Shown here: one piece after another, positions 43,156-57,030 of the stretch | Layout of the letters: every line of letters starts with the position of its first letter | Position numbering within the stretch: position 1 is the stretch's first letter | Assembly (NCBI RefSeq): GCF_009914755.1 | Contig: NC_060928.1 | From: the human T2T-CHM13v2.0 reference genome, Homo sapiens | Direction: 5' to 3' (one strand) | Length of the DNA stretch: 64,000 bases | The notes under the pieces: generated by a model | The model's database searches: none | Told to the model about the DNA's origin: nothing | The model's input: the letters and a program-made list of their open reading frames with translations, nothing else | Position numbers and translations under genes: made by a program

Positions 43156-45484
43156 TTTTTTTAAAGTTTAATTTATTTTTTTATTGATAATTCTTGGGTG
43201 TTTCTCACAGAGGGGGATTTGGCAGGGTCATGGGACAATAGTGGAGGGAAGGTCAGCAGATAAACAAGTGAACAAAGGTCTCTGGTTTTCCTAGGCAGAG
43301 GACCCTGCGGCCTTCCGCAGTGTTTGTGTCCCTGATTACTTGAGATTAGGGAGTGGTGATGACTCTTAACGAGCATGCTGCCTTCAAGCATCTGTTTAAC
43401 AAAGCACATCTTGCACCGCCCTTAATCCATTTAACCCTGAGTGGACACAGCACATGATTCAGAGAGCACAGGGTTGGGGGTAAGGTCACAGATCAACAGG
43501 ATCCCAAGGCAGAATAATTTTTCTTAGTGCAGAACAAAATGAAAAGTCTCCCATGTCTACTTCTTTCTACACAGACACGGCAACCATCCGATTTCTCAAT
43601 CTTTTCCCCACCTTTCCCCGCTTTCTATTCCACAAAACCACCATTGTCATCATGGCCCGTTCTCAATGAGCTGTTGGGCACACCTCCCAGACGGGGTGGT
43701 AGCCGGGCAGAGGGGCTCCTCACTTCCCAGTAGGGGCGGCTGGGCAGAGGCGCCCCTCACCTCCCGGACGGGGCGGCTGGCCGGGCAGGGGGCTGACCCT
43801 CCCACCTCCCTCCCGGACGGGGCGGCTGGCCGGGCAGAAGGGCTCTTCACTTCCCAGTAGGGGCCGCCGGGCAGAGGCGCCCCTCACCTCCGGGACGGGG
43901 CGGCTGGCCGGGCGGGGGGCTGACCCCCCCACCTCCCTCCCGGACGGGGCAGCTGGCCGGGCGGGGGGCTGACCCCCCCCACCTCCCTCCCGGACGGGGC
44001 GGCTGGCCGGGCGGGGGGCTGACCCCCCCACCTCCCTCCTGGACGGGGCGGCTGGCCGGGCAGAGGGGCTCCTCACTTCCCAGTAGGGGCGGCCGGGCAG
44101 AGGCGCCCCTCACCTCCCAGACGGGGTGGCTGGCCGGGCGGGGGGCTGACCCCCCCACCTCCCTCCCGGACGGGGCGGCTGGCCGGGCGGGGGGCTGAAC
44201 CCCCACCTCCCTCCCGGACGGGGCGGCTGGCCGGGCAGAGGGGCTCCTCCCTTCCCAGTAGGGGCGGCCGGGCAGAGGTGCCCCTCACCTCCCAGACGGG
44301 GCGGCTGGCCGGGCGGGGGGCTGATCCCCCCACCTCCCTCCCGGACGGGGCGGCTGGCCGGGCGGGGGGCTGACCCCCCCACCTCCCTCCCGGACGGGGC
44401 GGCTGGCCGGGCGGGGGGCTGACCCCCCCACCTCCCTCCCGGACGGGGCGGCTGGCCGGGCAGAGGGGCTCCTCACTTCCCAGTAGGGGCGGCCGGGCAG
44501 AGGCGCCCCTCACCTCCCAGACGGGGCGGCTGGCCGTGCCGGGGGCTGACCCCCCCACCTCCCTCCCGGACGGGGCGGCTGGCTGGGCGGGGGGCTGACC
44601 CCCCCCACCTCCCTCCCGGACGGGGTGGCTGCAGGGCGGAGAGGCTCCTCACTTCTCAAACGGGGCAGCTGCCGGGCGGAGGGGCTCCTCACTTCTCAGA
44701 GGGGGTGGTTGCCAGGCAGAGGGTCTCCTCACTTCTCAGACAGGGCGGCCGGGCAGAGAAGCTCCTCACCTCCCAGACGGGGTCGCAGCCGGGCAGAGGC
44801 GCTCCTCACATCCCAGATGGGGTGGCAGGGCAGAGGCGCTCCCCACATCTCAGATGATGGGTGGCAGGGCAGAGACGCTCCTCACTTCCTAGATGTGATG
44901 GCGGCTGGGAAGAGGCGCTCCTCACTTCCTAGATGGGATGGCGGCCGGGCGGAGATGCTCCTCACTTTCCAGACTGGGCAGCCAGGCAGAGGGGCTCCTC
45001 ACATCCCAGACGATGGGCGGCCAGGCAGAGACACTCCTCACTTCCCAGATGGGGTGGCGGCCGGGCAGAGGCTGCAATCTCGGCACTTTGGGAGGCCAAG
45101 GCAGGCGGCTGGGAGGTGTAGGTTGTAGCGAGCCGAGATCACGCCACTGCACTCCAGCCTGGGCACCATTGAGCACTGAGTGAACGAGACTCCGTCTGCA
45201 ATCCCGGCACCTCGGGAAGCCGAGGCTGGTGGATCACTCGCGGTTAGGGGCTGGAGACCGGCCCGGCCAACACAGTGAAACCCCGTCTCCACCAAAACCA
45301 GTCAGGCGTGGCGGCGCGTGCCTGCAATCGCAGGCACTCGGCAGGCTGAGGCAGGAGAATCAGGCAGGGAGGTTGCAGTGAGCCGAGATGGCAGCAGTAC
45401 AGTCCAGCTTCGGTTCCGCATGAGAGGGAGACCATGGAAAGAGAGGGAGACCGTGGGGAGAGGGAGAGGGAGAGGGAGAGGGAC
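43156..45484 (-). mobile_element. Full-length SVA retrotransposon (SVA_E/F-like)
   Basis: On the minus strand: (CCCTCT)4 at 45459-82, Alu-like region (about 45060-45435), VNTR, SINE-R (about 43180-43680), poly(A). 10-bp TSD TAAAGATTTT at 43146-55 and 45485-94, at a TTTT/AA endonuclease site. Confidence 0.97.
43681..45060. repeat. SVA GC-rich VNTR
   Basis: Tandem 35-50 bp units such as CACCTCCCTCCCGGACGGGGCGGCTGGCCGGGCGGGGGGCTGACCCCCC. Confidence 0.97.
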
Positions 45485-45559
45485 TAAAGATTTTAAAAAA
45501 TATACATATATAGGTTCTTTCTCTAAGTAAAGTAGATAACTATAATAATAGTAACAAAA

Positions 45560-45850
45560 ATAATTCACTATTTCTGAGGACTATCGAGTTACTGGTCTAT
45601 ATGCTAAAAGTTTTAAAAGCATCATCTACGTAAATGAACATACAACTCTTAGTGGTGGATCAATACATAAATGAACAGAGCATCCTTTTTGGTATTATTT
45701 GTATTTCTCAAATGATGAGATTGAAGTTCAGAGGTTTAAGTACCATGTCCAAGAATACAAAGCTATAAAGTCAGTAAATGGTGGAATCAGGATTCAAAAC
45801 TTCATTAGTCTCACTTTAAAAATCTATGTTCCCAAACAATAGCCTATAGT
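45560..45850 (-). mobile_element. MIR relic
   Basis: CAAATGATGAGATTGAAGTTCAGAGGTTTAAGTACCATGTCCAAG..TGGTGGAATCAGGATTCAAAAC. Confidence 0.65.
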
Positions 45851-47959
45851 GACTCCTGTCTCAAAAAAGAATAATATGCCTCACTCCATTCATTGATTCC
45901 AATTTAACAGATAAATCTAAATGGAGAATGGTCACAGCAGCTGCTGCTCTTTGTACCAGACAAATATAATAATTCTCTTATGAAATAGGTACACTGAGAA
46001 ATAGCCTCCCAGTAGTTGTGAAGTTTACGGCTTCTCGTATACTGTGTGTAAACAGAGTATCAAGCAAGCTCAGGGGTGATTGGTCTGATTTTCCAAATAA
46101 AGTGTCCTGGGAGAATAGGTTACTAGGAACTAGGTGACCCGCTCAAAAGAAAGTGGCATTGTTCTTGTCAAAGTGGTCATTGATTTTCTCTCAGGTTTCT
46201 GTAGGGAGTTGCAGGATAAATTTCTATTTGCTACAAAGTGGAAAAAAAATGTTCTCAGATGGACTTCTGTGTTTTAAAAATATAATCTTGGAAGGGACAA
46301 GAAGTCTAACAGAGAATAATCAGAGTTCTTAAAGAACTCTTTTTGAGATTTGTCGAGAAAAAAAAAGCTTAAAAAAAAGGAACTAACCACATCCAAATTT
46401 CTTTTCGAGGGTCTAAAAAAGATTGGTAAAAGAAACTAAATTAGAAGAAAGTCATCTTTTTAGTTATACAAATGACTCTATTACAATGTAATTTGTTATA
46501 TACTTGCATTTATTAATATATTGATAGAACGCTTTTCACATTTGATGGGCCAAATGAATTGTTAGATTTTTGAAATCATAGGGGAATAACATTTGTTTTA
46601 TGCAGTAAGAATGTGCTTTCCATAGCCAAAGGGGGCATGATATCATGATATGACACATAAGCACAAAAGTACTTAATGATTAATTTTTCTTTCCTTCTAA
46701 TACTTTTTTCCCTTTCAGTGACCTAAAGCATCAGTTAAATAACAAGCATTTTCCTATATGGATTCAATGTTGATAGAGGTATTCTCATCAACGCTACATG
46801 CATTTTATCTCAAGTACTTTAGGGATATAATTCATGAAAATCTTAAGCAGTGTGTGGCCATGTGTGGAAGTCGCAGACCAGGATAATTTTTGGGGAAGCC
46901 ACCCATTTCATTTCCCAACTGAGGAGGACTTATACTGTCTATTGTCACAACTGCTTGAGCACCCTTATCATCTTTAGGTCAAAGATGCATTTTTAAAAAG
47001 AGCCAAAAGGCTTATTTACAGGACATAATAGACAGTAACAGCTGGGAAGACATTGTGAATGTCTACTGGGTAATTAAAATGAGTTCTCAAGATAGATAAG
47101 CACACAAACTGAAATACATATTTATTTGAGAAGTCACACTGGCTCCCAAAGAGCTCTTAAGGGCTGTCAAGTAAATAGCAGCTAACATAGAAATGAGGAT
47201 CTAGTCGAGTATGTGAAAAGTAATGGAAATGTTGGTTGCTTTTTCTATGTCTGATATGCTCTCTGGTGACCCTCATGGTGTTAGCTACGCTTTGCTTCCT
47301 CTGCCTGTGCATTAACAAGTTCTCCCATTTTTGTCAGAATATTGTAACCTAGAAGATTAGGTAGTTTGTGCATGTTAGATTTTAACCCATTAAGGACAAG
47401 GAAAGAAGAACAGAATCTGTTAGGTGGGCACAGAATGATTTAGAAAATAAGCAGAATGGAGCATCCAGAAGGCTATGAAAGGGCAAGGGCAGAAATATAA
47501 AATTTACCATAGCAAGGAAGAAAAACAACGACGATAAACTCTTGAATATTTCTATAAACACAAAAGACATTCACTGAACTCATCAGATCAAACAGGGTTC
47601 TTAAGGAATACTGATTTTATGATTCAGTAACTTTATTGAAGAATAGAGCCTCTTCTAAGTGTTTATACTGACTGCAAAGCTTCTTGCCCCATCTCACCCA
47701 GAAAGATATTGGCCTCAATAAGAACATGATGATATTTTTTTAATGAGGTATTCAAGTTTCCCTTCTCTCTATCCACTTTTTCTTTTTCATAGTTTAAACT
47801 TTTGCCTTTGTGATGATGATACTCATTTACAGTTTTGGCTTTCATTTGCCTGCCAACATATCTCTGGTTCCATTTCTCTATTTCCTCCAAGAAGATCTCC
47901 AGGTGATAGAACACAAGTGAAAAGGTAGATACTGGGAGGCAAGATGATGTTTTAGCATG

Positions 47960-50050
47960 TGCCACATTTGAGTAACTTACATATCTAAGTATAAAAGTCT
48001 AATGGGGAATTAGATATATGGGTTAGAACCAGATGAAAAATCTGAGCTGGAATATAAGTTTATGAGTCACCTGGATACAGGTACTAGTTCACCTTAGTGG
48101 ATTTAATGATATAGCCTGTGAAGACTGAGTAGCATGAATAAAAAAGAAAGTAGGGAGATGGGGGGCTATGATTCGCATTGTGGGGATTCCAACTTTAATA
48201 TTTAAGATTTGGACAGAGGAAGGAGAGTCCAAGAGGAAAAATGAGAAGCACAGACCATAACAACAACAACAATGAGGGTATGAACTGGAGATTGTCTTAG
48301 AAACAAAAGGAGGAGAGTTTTGAGAAGGGGGAACTCAGATAATAAAGGAAGTCATATGAGACAAAGATTGAATGAGGTATGGACAATTGTGGTGAATTCA
48401 TCAATAAATACCAGTGGTAATGAGTTAATGGTAAGTATGGAAGTGGAGAGAATGAGACTCTGAAGTAGGGTTGAAAGAAAGGAAAGATATAAAGAAGTAA
48501 ATTGAACAGCGGGTGGGATTAAGGACTTTCTTTAAAATGAGAAAAATCTGATATGTTTCTTTGCCAAGAGGAAAAGATCAAAGCAGTCACATACACAGAA
48601 GAAAGAGGGGACCAAGGGTGGTGTTTCCATCCTCAAGAGGCAGATGCAGATTGAATTGAGAACTGGGGTGGAGATATGTTCCTGGTATCATATTGCAGCA
48701 ATTGAAGGAATAGTTTCCAGAATTGTTACAATTTGTCTTTGATTTTTAGCTGTGCAACCTTAAGTAATTTGTTAAATGAATGACACCTCTCTCAAGTAAG
48801 TTATCATACTTAAATAAAGTATTCCTTGTAATGTTCTCTGATATAGAAATTAAGTAATACAGTTTTGGTATATTTATAATATTAAATAAAACAGGAGGTA
48901 AGCATATAAGGATATAAGCATATAAGGACGGGTATGGCTAAAACTAATTTTTTATGGATGGATATTACTAAGTTTTGCACAATTTCACCAGAATTTTTTA
49001 ACCTCTCTGTGTCATGGTAGACGTGGTCATTGGTTGGGAGTGACTGAGTGAGTGGGCGATTGGGGTGCTTGAGGATAATAGCAGAGATTTGAGAGAGTTT
49101 TGTAGAAAATGGAAGAGGGAACACTAAGGAAGGATGATGAATGATGGAGAAAATGTATGTGTACGAATTTTGAATTTGAAAGATTTTTCTTTTCTTTTTC
49201 TTTCCTCTTCTCCTCATCTTTTTTCTTTCCCTTCCCCTCCCTTCTGCCTCCTCTCCCTTCTCTCTTCCATCTCCTCCTCCTCTTCCTCCTACTTCTCCTC
49301 ACTTCCCTCTTCATCTCCTTCATCTCTTTCTCCTCATTCTTCTTCTCAGTTTCCTCCTGCTTCTTTGGCAATTTTAAACAGTTCCGTTACAGGAGCAGAA
49401 AAGGCAGATTTGTTCTGGGTGAGGGATTTACTTGTCGAGTGTGACATAAATGCAAGTGGATTAAGGGTGTTGGCAAAAGATTAGCCTAAGCGGAAAGAAA
49501 GTGAGGACAGCAGGAATTTGTAGGTAATGAGAAAAAAAAGGCAAGTTTAAGGGCCCTTGAATAGCAAGACATTGTAGGAGATGGAGACTAGAAGAACTGG
49601 GATAATAGGCATTGTAGTAAGAGAGAAAGATAATATAGGGTAAGATTTCAGAGGCGGAGTAATTCTAAATGATGACAAACTTGGCATGGCAACTATAGAT
49701 GTACAGAGGAGAAATTAAGTGAATGCCAATTAGAAGGAAATCAAGAACTGTGGGAAACAGACATTATATATGTAATTTACATGGACATCTGAACCATGTG
49801 CCAACATTCTAATTAAATTTTGGAAGATAACCAATTTGAAAGCCACAATGAGTGGTAGAGAATTATGAAACAGTTTTAAATAAAAGGAGGAGGTAGCAGT
49901 GATCTGGAGGAAGCAGTTGAGAGTAGAATGTAGACAAGGGTATTAAAGGATGGCTTGTCACTGGAGAGGCCCAGGTTTCAGCTAATGGCAAGGAGGTTGA
50001 AGGATAATTCTGAAGATAAGGTAGAAGAAAGGTATTGTGAGATTACATCA
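47960..50050 (-). mobile_element. Long fragmented L2 relic (interrupted at about 48700-49380)
   Basis: Purine-rich L2-like motifs (CTGAGCTGGAATATAAGTTTATGAGTCA; AGATTTCAGAGGCGGAGTAATTCTAAATGATGACAA). Confidence 0.5.
49184..49367. repeat. Polypyrimidine low-complexity tract (CT/CCT/CTT)
   Basis: About 180 bp almost purely C/T. Confidence 0.92.
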
Positions 50051-53000
50051 GTGTCACTTGGGGCAGGGGAGAGGAGGGAGCACTTTTCCAAACTTTATTC
50101 CCCAGTGAGTTCCCACTTAAGCCTTGAGAGTCAAGCCAGCCATGTGCCTCTCTTAGTACAACTCTTCCCCTTCCCCTGTGATTCCCAGGTCTAAGCTAAA
50201 GAAAGAGGAAAGTTCTGTTATGATTATGATTGACAGATATGGATATTTTGATTAGAGCATTATGACCTTCTTGTGACTGAAAATGATCAAAGGAATTTTT
50301 ACTGTGGAAGAGAGACTAGAAATCATGAGATGAGCCCTGGTTTCACCCAGGGATGGAACTACCCATAGCAACAGTGCAGTTGAAAGAATCCAGATGTTTT
50401 CTACTTTTGACCTTTGGAATTCCACTTCTTAGTATAATGGGTATAGTCTCTTTTGATAGTCATAAATTCACATTTGTTTCTTGCTAACAAGAGATTCAAA
50501 AGTCTCAAACCATAGTTGATTAAAACTCATGGGAATATTCTTGGAAGATGCATAGAATCAAAATTAATAACGATTACCACTAGTGAATGTTAGGGGTTAC
50601 TTTCTTTCCTTGAATTCTAAATAGACTAACCCATGAATATTTTAGCTGTCATTTTTTTGTTGTATTCTTAGATTTGGCAAATGATTATGATTTGAAGTGT
50701 GCATCATAAGACTCTTTTGCGTATTGAAATGTATATCTGCTTTGCATGGGCTAGAAACAATTATTGATTGAATTTTTGCATACCTACAATCTGGCTGGGT
50801 GCTTCAGCCTTGTTTAAGGGGTTCAATTAAGCATTAGGGCACATTTACTTCCTTTCCTGTTGGTCTTTACTTCTGTCTGCCTGACAGTTGCTCTTTGTAC
50901 TTCTCATTGTCATCCATTTTCTAAACATGTCCAGCTCAGGAGGACTAAATCGCAGTGAACTCCTGTCAGTGCTGATGGACTGGCTGGCTTCCAGGTCCTT
51001 CTTGTTGGTGATCTTGTCAAACCATTACATGCTGATTATGGTTTATTGATGATGCCTGTGAAACTGCTTAAGAGGCCAGATGTAGCATCTCTGAGCAGTT
51101 GAAGCCTCGCAGCTGGTTAGTATGTTGCACACTACTTCTGCTTTCTACACTGCATGATACTGTATCAGTGACACCATACCTGATAACCCCTTGAAGGACA
51201 TGCAGTGCTTCTTGGCTGATTACTTTCTGGTCTCTAGATGCTTTAGCTCACATTACTGCCTAAATAAAAACTTACGGTAACTTTCTGTACTCACTCATAT
51301 TTTTTCTTTTAGTAAAACAATAGCATGTCTTAAAAATATTTTCTGACTATTAACAAGTTTTCAAAGAATATCTTCATTATAGAATATTGATACATGAGTA
51401 ACTTAAAAATTGGAATCCTTGAATTTTTGAATATGTGATGAGGATGGGGATGAGTGGATCATGCTTGCCAATATGTTCGGTCTATTTTATTTTGGTCCCA
51501 AAATTCTTATTTTTAGGAAAAAAATTGACAGAAGGATTATAATCATGAATATTCCAATTTGATCAAGACCCAGAATTTGTTATAAGCATCCTTTGAAATT
51601 TTATTCCACTTTTAAGACTGAGGTAATACTAATATCTGAAATATCAAGAAGAACTGTGTATGTGATTCTGTTATCAAAATTTTTACCAAATGCCATTTGA
51701 ATTTATGGTATTAATAGAAATAATTATGCAACAAAAAGTCAGGTCTAAAATAAAGTCAACAAAATAACTCCTAAATGAATTTAGTTCTGGAAATGAATGT
51801 TTCTATTATTTTAATATTTACCAAATGGACACATACTTGCCTAATATTTAACCGTTACTTAACATGACAAGTTTATCTTGTATTGTACTAGCTAGGAACA
51901 CGATGATAACTATGATTGCTGAAATCCTGTGTGTCTTAAAAACAGAGGTGCTTAACTAGGTGATTCATGCAGTAAATTAGTTCCTGACCACTAGATGGAG
52001 CTATGCAACCTCTTGCATTATTAACAGATTTCTTACAAACTACTTGCTTTCCTTGATGGGAAAAAATTATCCTTGAAAATTTCTGAGGAGAATCTTTTCC
52101 CTCCCATTTTAACCCCATCTTCTATTGATGACTGAAAAATGCCCCATAGTCTCTGTATAATGACAAAGCAGCATTACGGTAATGACATGGTAATCATTAT
52201 ATTATGTTCTAGGAAGGAAGTAGATACATCGCCAAGGTCACCCTAGAGTTAATTCAGCCTCTCCACTAATAGTAACAGGTCAATCATGGTGACATGCTAA
52301 TAATTCTTTCTTTTTCTATTCATTGGTTCAAGACACAACTCATTAACTTCATCTATTTGAATTGTAGACCACAGCTTGCTTCTAGGATTTAGGAGGCTAT
52401 GGAACTGTGATTACATTTGGAGCGAGTGCATAAACCACTAACAATGTAACAAGTACAAATAATAGTTTTTCTTCTCATTTTATCAGTTACCATCGTGATT
52501 AACTTAGTAAATAATCTACAGGTCTTTTTGGCTCTGGAGGAATGAGGCTTACCCCTAAACAATGATTAGCATTGCGTATGCTAAATTAAATATAATCTTG
52601 TGCTACTTAATGTTTATCTTTCCTTGTAAAGAAAGACTTATTTTGTTTTGATTTATAAGCAATTATTTCACTATTTTGGCTTTCACCCTAAATTTAACCA
52701 GCAAAAATAAAAAAAATCGTTCTCCTCAAATATTTCATTGTTCTCCCTTGTGGAGAACTATAATACTATGCACAAAATAGCTATTTAATAAGTTCTTGTT
52801 AGATAAATGAAAGGTTCATGACACCATGATTATAATTTATATAATGGGGTCAGTGCAATTTCATTTTCTTCTCTTATTCTTGTCCAAATTTCAATTTATT
52901 TAATTATCATAAAACTTCAAGTAACAAATATGTTTTAAATATTTAGATGTGTTGTTCCATATATAAGACAGATTTTTGGATGGTGAAATAATAATCTGAA

Positions 53001-54549
53001 ATCCTACACACCACTGTGTTCCCCATTGATTCAGGTATTTAAATAAGAGATTTCTGGACTGGAGTCATTTTAATCAAAGATATTTATTTTGAATCTAAGG
53101 TCATACAGAAATTGGTAAATGATCAGAAGCAGTTAATTGTCAGTCAAATGTTTTTGATAGAGAATATTTGTGAAGAAAGGCATAATCAGAACATTTTTAA
53201 GAAAGCCACCTGTTTTTGATGGAGCAGGGGCAGAAAATGGAAGGATGCTTCACACTGCTCTTTGCTTCTAAAATGAGGCAGTTCTGGAAAACCATAGATA
53301 AAGAACCATCCATTAATCTCTTTTGGCATTCAAGTCAACCTGATACAAATATAGAAACTAAAATGAGTTGATTTTACCTCTGGGAGTAAATACAACCTCA
53401 ATTTCCCTTCAGCCTGTAAAAAGCTTCTAAGAAATATAATGATACCTGGGTTAACAGAAAGGAAACACATTCAAATTTATATGTTTCATTTGCAAAATGA
53501 TATTCCTTTGATTTTAACAGCAAGACAAATTCACAACAGAAAATTCAGAAAATGCAAAAATTATAAATGAGAAAATAGGAGTGACCCATAATTCCATCAC
53601 TCAAAGAAAACAACTTGCAGGGTTGTATATGTGAGTTCATATATGTATGGGCCTGTACTGACCATGTTTACCTAATTTGCTTTTGGTTTTCTTTCCTGTA
53701 ATATACAGAAAATCTTTTTAAATATCTCTGATTTATCTTCTAAAACATGATTTTAGTAACTACCTATTATTCTAATATATAGATGTACAATAATAATTTT
53801 ACCAGGAATGTATTTTGGACCTTTAGAGGATGTCTTAATCTTGATTATTGTAATCAATGTTGTAGTAATTTTTAATATGAGTTGATGTATGGTGAAAGTC
53901 TGTCTCAGAATAATTTTCTATATATTTGTTATCATATAATGCTTACATGGTAAATATTTATACATATTATAAACCCATTCATATATTTTTATTACTGATT
54001 TTTAGCATGTAGAAAGGGAAGGCTTGTACAGCAACTCAGCCTTTCTATTGACAAAGCATGAGGGAAATGATAGGGTGGGTGAAGAGTTTGTTTAGTTGTA
54101 TTTTTGAAATAGTGGCAGGAATATATAAAGATTATATCTATCTATACTTTCCCAGGTACTTGAACTCCTGATTTCTGAGGAGAACCTAAATGCAAAATAA
54201 TGTTCTCCAAAGCAATCACATTTGTAATCAACATCAAGGCAGGGTATATTACAGCAGTGAGTAAAAGAATTAATGTACAGGCACAGATGCCACTCCCAGC
54301 AGGCCTGCTGACAGTAAGCATTTTACTAATTTTCTCTATTTGGCCATAATTTCACTCAAGGTCCCATTTGTAGTAAAGCTCAAGTAAACTTAACAACTTA
54401 CTCTAGAAATGCATGAAAATGATGACCAAGGTGCTATTGTGCTCACCAACATGGTGCTACCAAGCAGCTGTCACTCGCTGGTTTTCCATCACATAGAAAC
54501 AATTTTGTCACTTTCTAAAGGAGAATTTTCATCTATACATTTTCATTTT

Positions 54550-55620
54550 CACTTTTTATTTTGAAACAATTTTAAACTTACAGAAAACTTGCAAGGATAG
54601 TATGAAGGATGAATACCTATAACCCAGATTCCACGACTGATGACATTTAACCATACATGTTTTATTGTATTTTCTCCTTCCCTCCCTCCCTTCCTTCCTA
54701 CTTACCTATCTCTATGCATCTGGCAGGAATATAACTAAGAGATGCTACGTTCTTATTATACTTTATCCTATATTATCTTATAGGTTGTTATAATATCAAT
54801 ATTCTCATTTTATTACTGGTGATTTTTAACTCTGATTTCTTGATTAAAGTGATACCTCAAGGTAAAGTTACTATTTTTCTTTTGTAATGAATCATTACTT
54901 TGATAAAATGAATCATTTTATCAGAAGACACTTTGAAAGTATGTAAGTTTCACTTTCCTAATCAAACTTTTACCCACTAGTTGTGGCATCCACTGAGGAT
55001 CCTTGACTGAAATTGCTGTTACTATGATTTTTGCCAAGTGGTGGTTTTTGAACTCCATTACTCTATACTTACATAAAACACTGACAATATCATTTTTTAT
55101 TTTGCTGCTAAAATTGCTGCAAATCTGGCTAGTAAAGCCACTTCAGACTGGTTTCTGTGTCATTTTTTGACATTTCCCTTCATTCTGTGAGGATAAAATA
55201 TCATTTTCCAGCCCATCAATATGTTCTATGTTTATTTGTATTTTTCTTGCACCAGTCTCTGCGTCAGCCATTTCTTTAAGGAGTCCTGGTTCTTGTTAGT
55301 GGAGAGTGGTCTTAGAAACCAAAATATTATAAGCTAGATGTGCTTATTGTCACTTGAGTTTACTGCTTCTAGTCCCACTGGTTGGGTTAATTGAAAAAAA
55401 TAATATATATGTGGTGTGTGTCTGTGAACATATATGTACATACACATATATATACACACATTTACATCTATGCTTCTCTTTCACTCACACCTTAAATTCA
55501 TACCAATGCCACAAGTTTACTTCAATACCTCCAGTTCTAATCCAAATTCGTAAAATTCACTCTGGCATCTTTTCCATACTTGTAGTTCCCTTTTCTGACA
55601 ATGAGGAACTTGGCTTCCAT
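54550..55620 (-). mobile_element. L1MC-type 3' end relic
   Basis: TTTTATTTTGAAACAATTTTAAACTTACAGAAAACTTGCAAG..; CAGCCATTTCTTTAAGGAGTCCTGGTTC..TTAGAAACCAA. Confidence 0.7.
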
Positions 55621-56754
55621 TTGCTTATTTTCTCAACACCCACATTGTTAATCAATCTCAATGATCACCCAGAGCTGCTGCCAAAAACCCAGCATGGCTG
55701 TTGTTTTGCAAAGGTCCTCAATTTGCTCTCAGCTGCCTCCAACAATAGTACTGGGGGAGGCACAGGACAAAGAGATGAAGAATAGAAGTGAAAGATCCCT
55801 GATGGCTTTTTGACTATATTATTCAAAGAAGGAAGGAAGGAAGAAAGGAAAAGAGTCTAAATATTTTAATGTATAAATAATTTGATCAGAAAAAAGTCCT
55901 TTACTCTTAGCTTTCTTTGAGTAGTTTTAATTCAATCAAACAAGAAATATATATAACATTTGAAAAAAGTCATCTCAAAGAGCATGATTCAGGTCTTTGA
56001 TAAATAATGAAGGCCAATGTCATGTGAAATGATCTGAGAATTCATGCAGTTTATCTCCAAATCATGATTTTTCCCTTTATGATTTGATCATGGCTGCATA
56101 AAACTCTAGGGGTAGATGGCTGGCATACATAGGTTTATTCTTAATTCATTTTGATGTGGTCAATTTTGTTTAAATGGTATTCAAGTATTAATGTTAAATA
56201 TCCAGGATACAGACTTTTGATTTTTTGAGTTGTATTCACTCAGGAATATGAGGTTCTTTCATAGAACATCAAAGATAACCACAGCATTTTCATTTGATTC
56301 CCAGCTGAAAGAATATAATGAAATTAAAGTCATCTTCCCTATTCCTTAATAAATGCTATGAATTGAAATTGAGCGCTAATAACTGAAGTGCCTAACTTCT
56401 GAGCATTTAGCAGAGTTGCTCACAGAATTCTTCAGCGGCACAGAGGAACTGAATGCAAAGGAAGAGAAACTTAAACACAAAAACCATAGTGAAAATTGAA
56501 TTTTCTTTTGTAAGAATATTGTACACAGGACTGAGTTATGTCAAGAAAAAATGTTTTGCAATCAAGTTATTGACATTATGTTAGAAGGCTACAATGAATG
56601 GGATGTAGACCTGCATACATTACATTTTCCAGTCTGATTACTTACAAAGTTTCAGTCACAAACAATCTGTCTTCTTGTATTATCAATGTTTCAAGCAAAG
56701 AAGATTAGATGTTATGCAGTGGCATTGTCATACAGTTGTGAAATGGAAGATTTG

Positions 56755-57030
56755 TGTATTTATTCAACAAATATTTATTGAATGCCTAGTATGTTTTAGG
56801 CATTATTCTACTTCCTTACAGTACAGTGATAAATAAGATACCAGTGACAAATAAGGTAAATGAGATGAGTGATATTTAATCCTTGCCCTCATAGCTCTTA
56901 CATAAGGGGGGAAGCAGGCAATGAACATATTAAGTATAAATATACACACATAAAATATTTCAGATAATGTTAAGTTTCACTATGGAAAATAAAAGAGAGT
57001 AATGGGACAGAATCAAGGTAGGTGCTAGTC
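56755..57030 (-). mobile_element. L2 3' end
   Basis: ATTCAACAAATATTTATTGAATGCCTAGTATG..CCTTGCCCTCATAGCTCTTACA. Confidence 0.75.

Noticed and set aside
43681-45060. Repeat array superficially like a CRISPR
   Set aside because: No unique spacers and no cas genes; it is an SVA VNTR in eukaryotic DNA.
43650-45568. Dense Pro/Gly/Arg-rich overlapping ORFs
   Set aside because: Translations of the GC-rich SVA VNTR and Alu-like region, which lack stops by composition; not genes.
49027-49484. Charged or Ser/Phe-rich ORFs
   Set aside because: Artefacts of the polypyrimidine tract.
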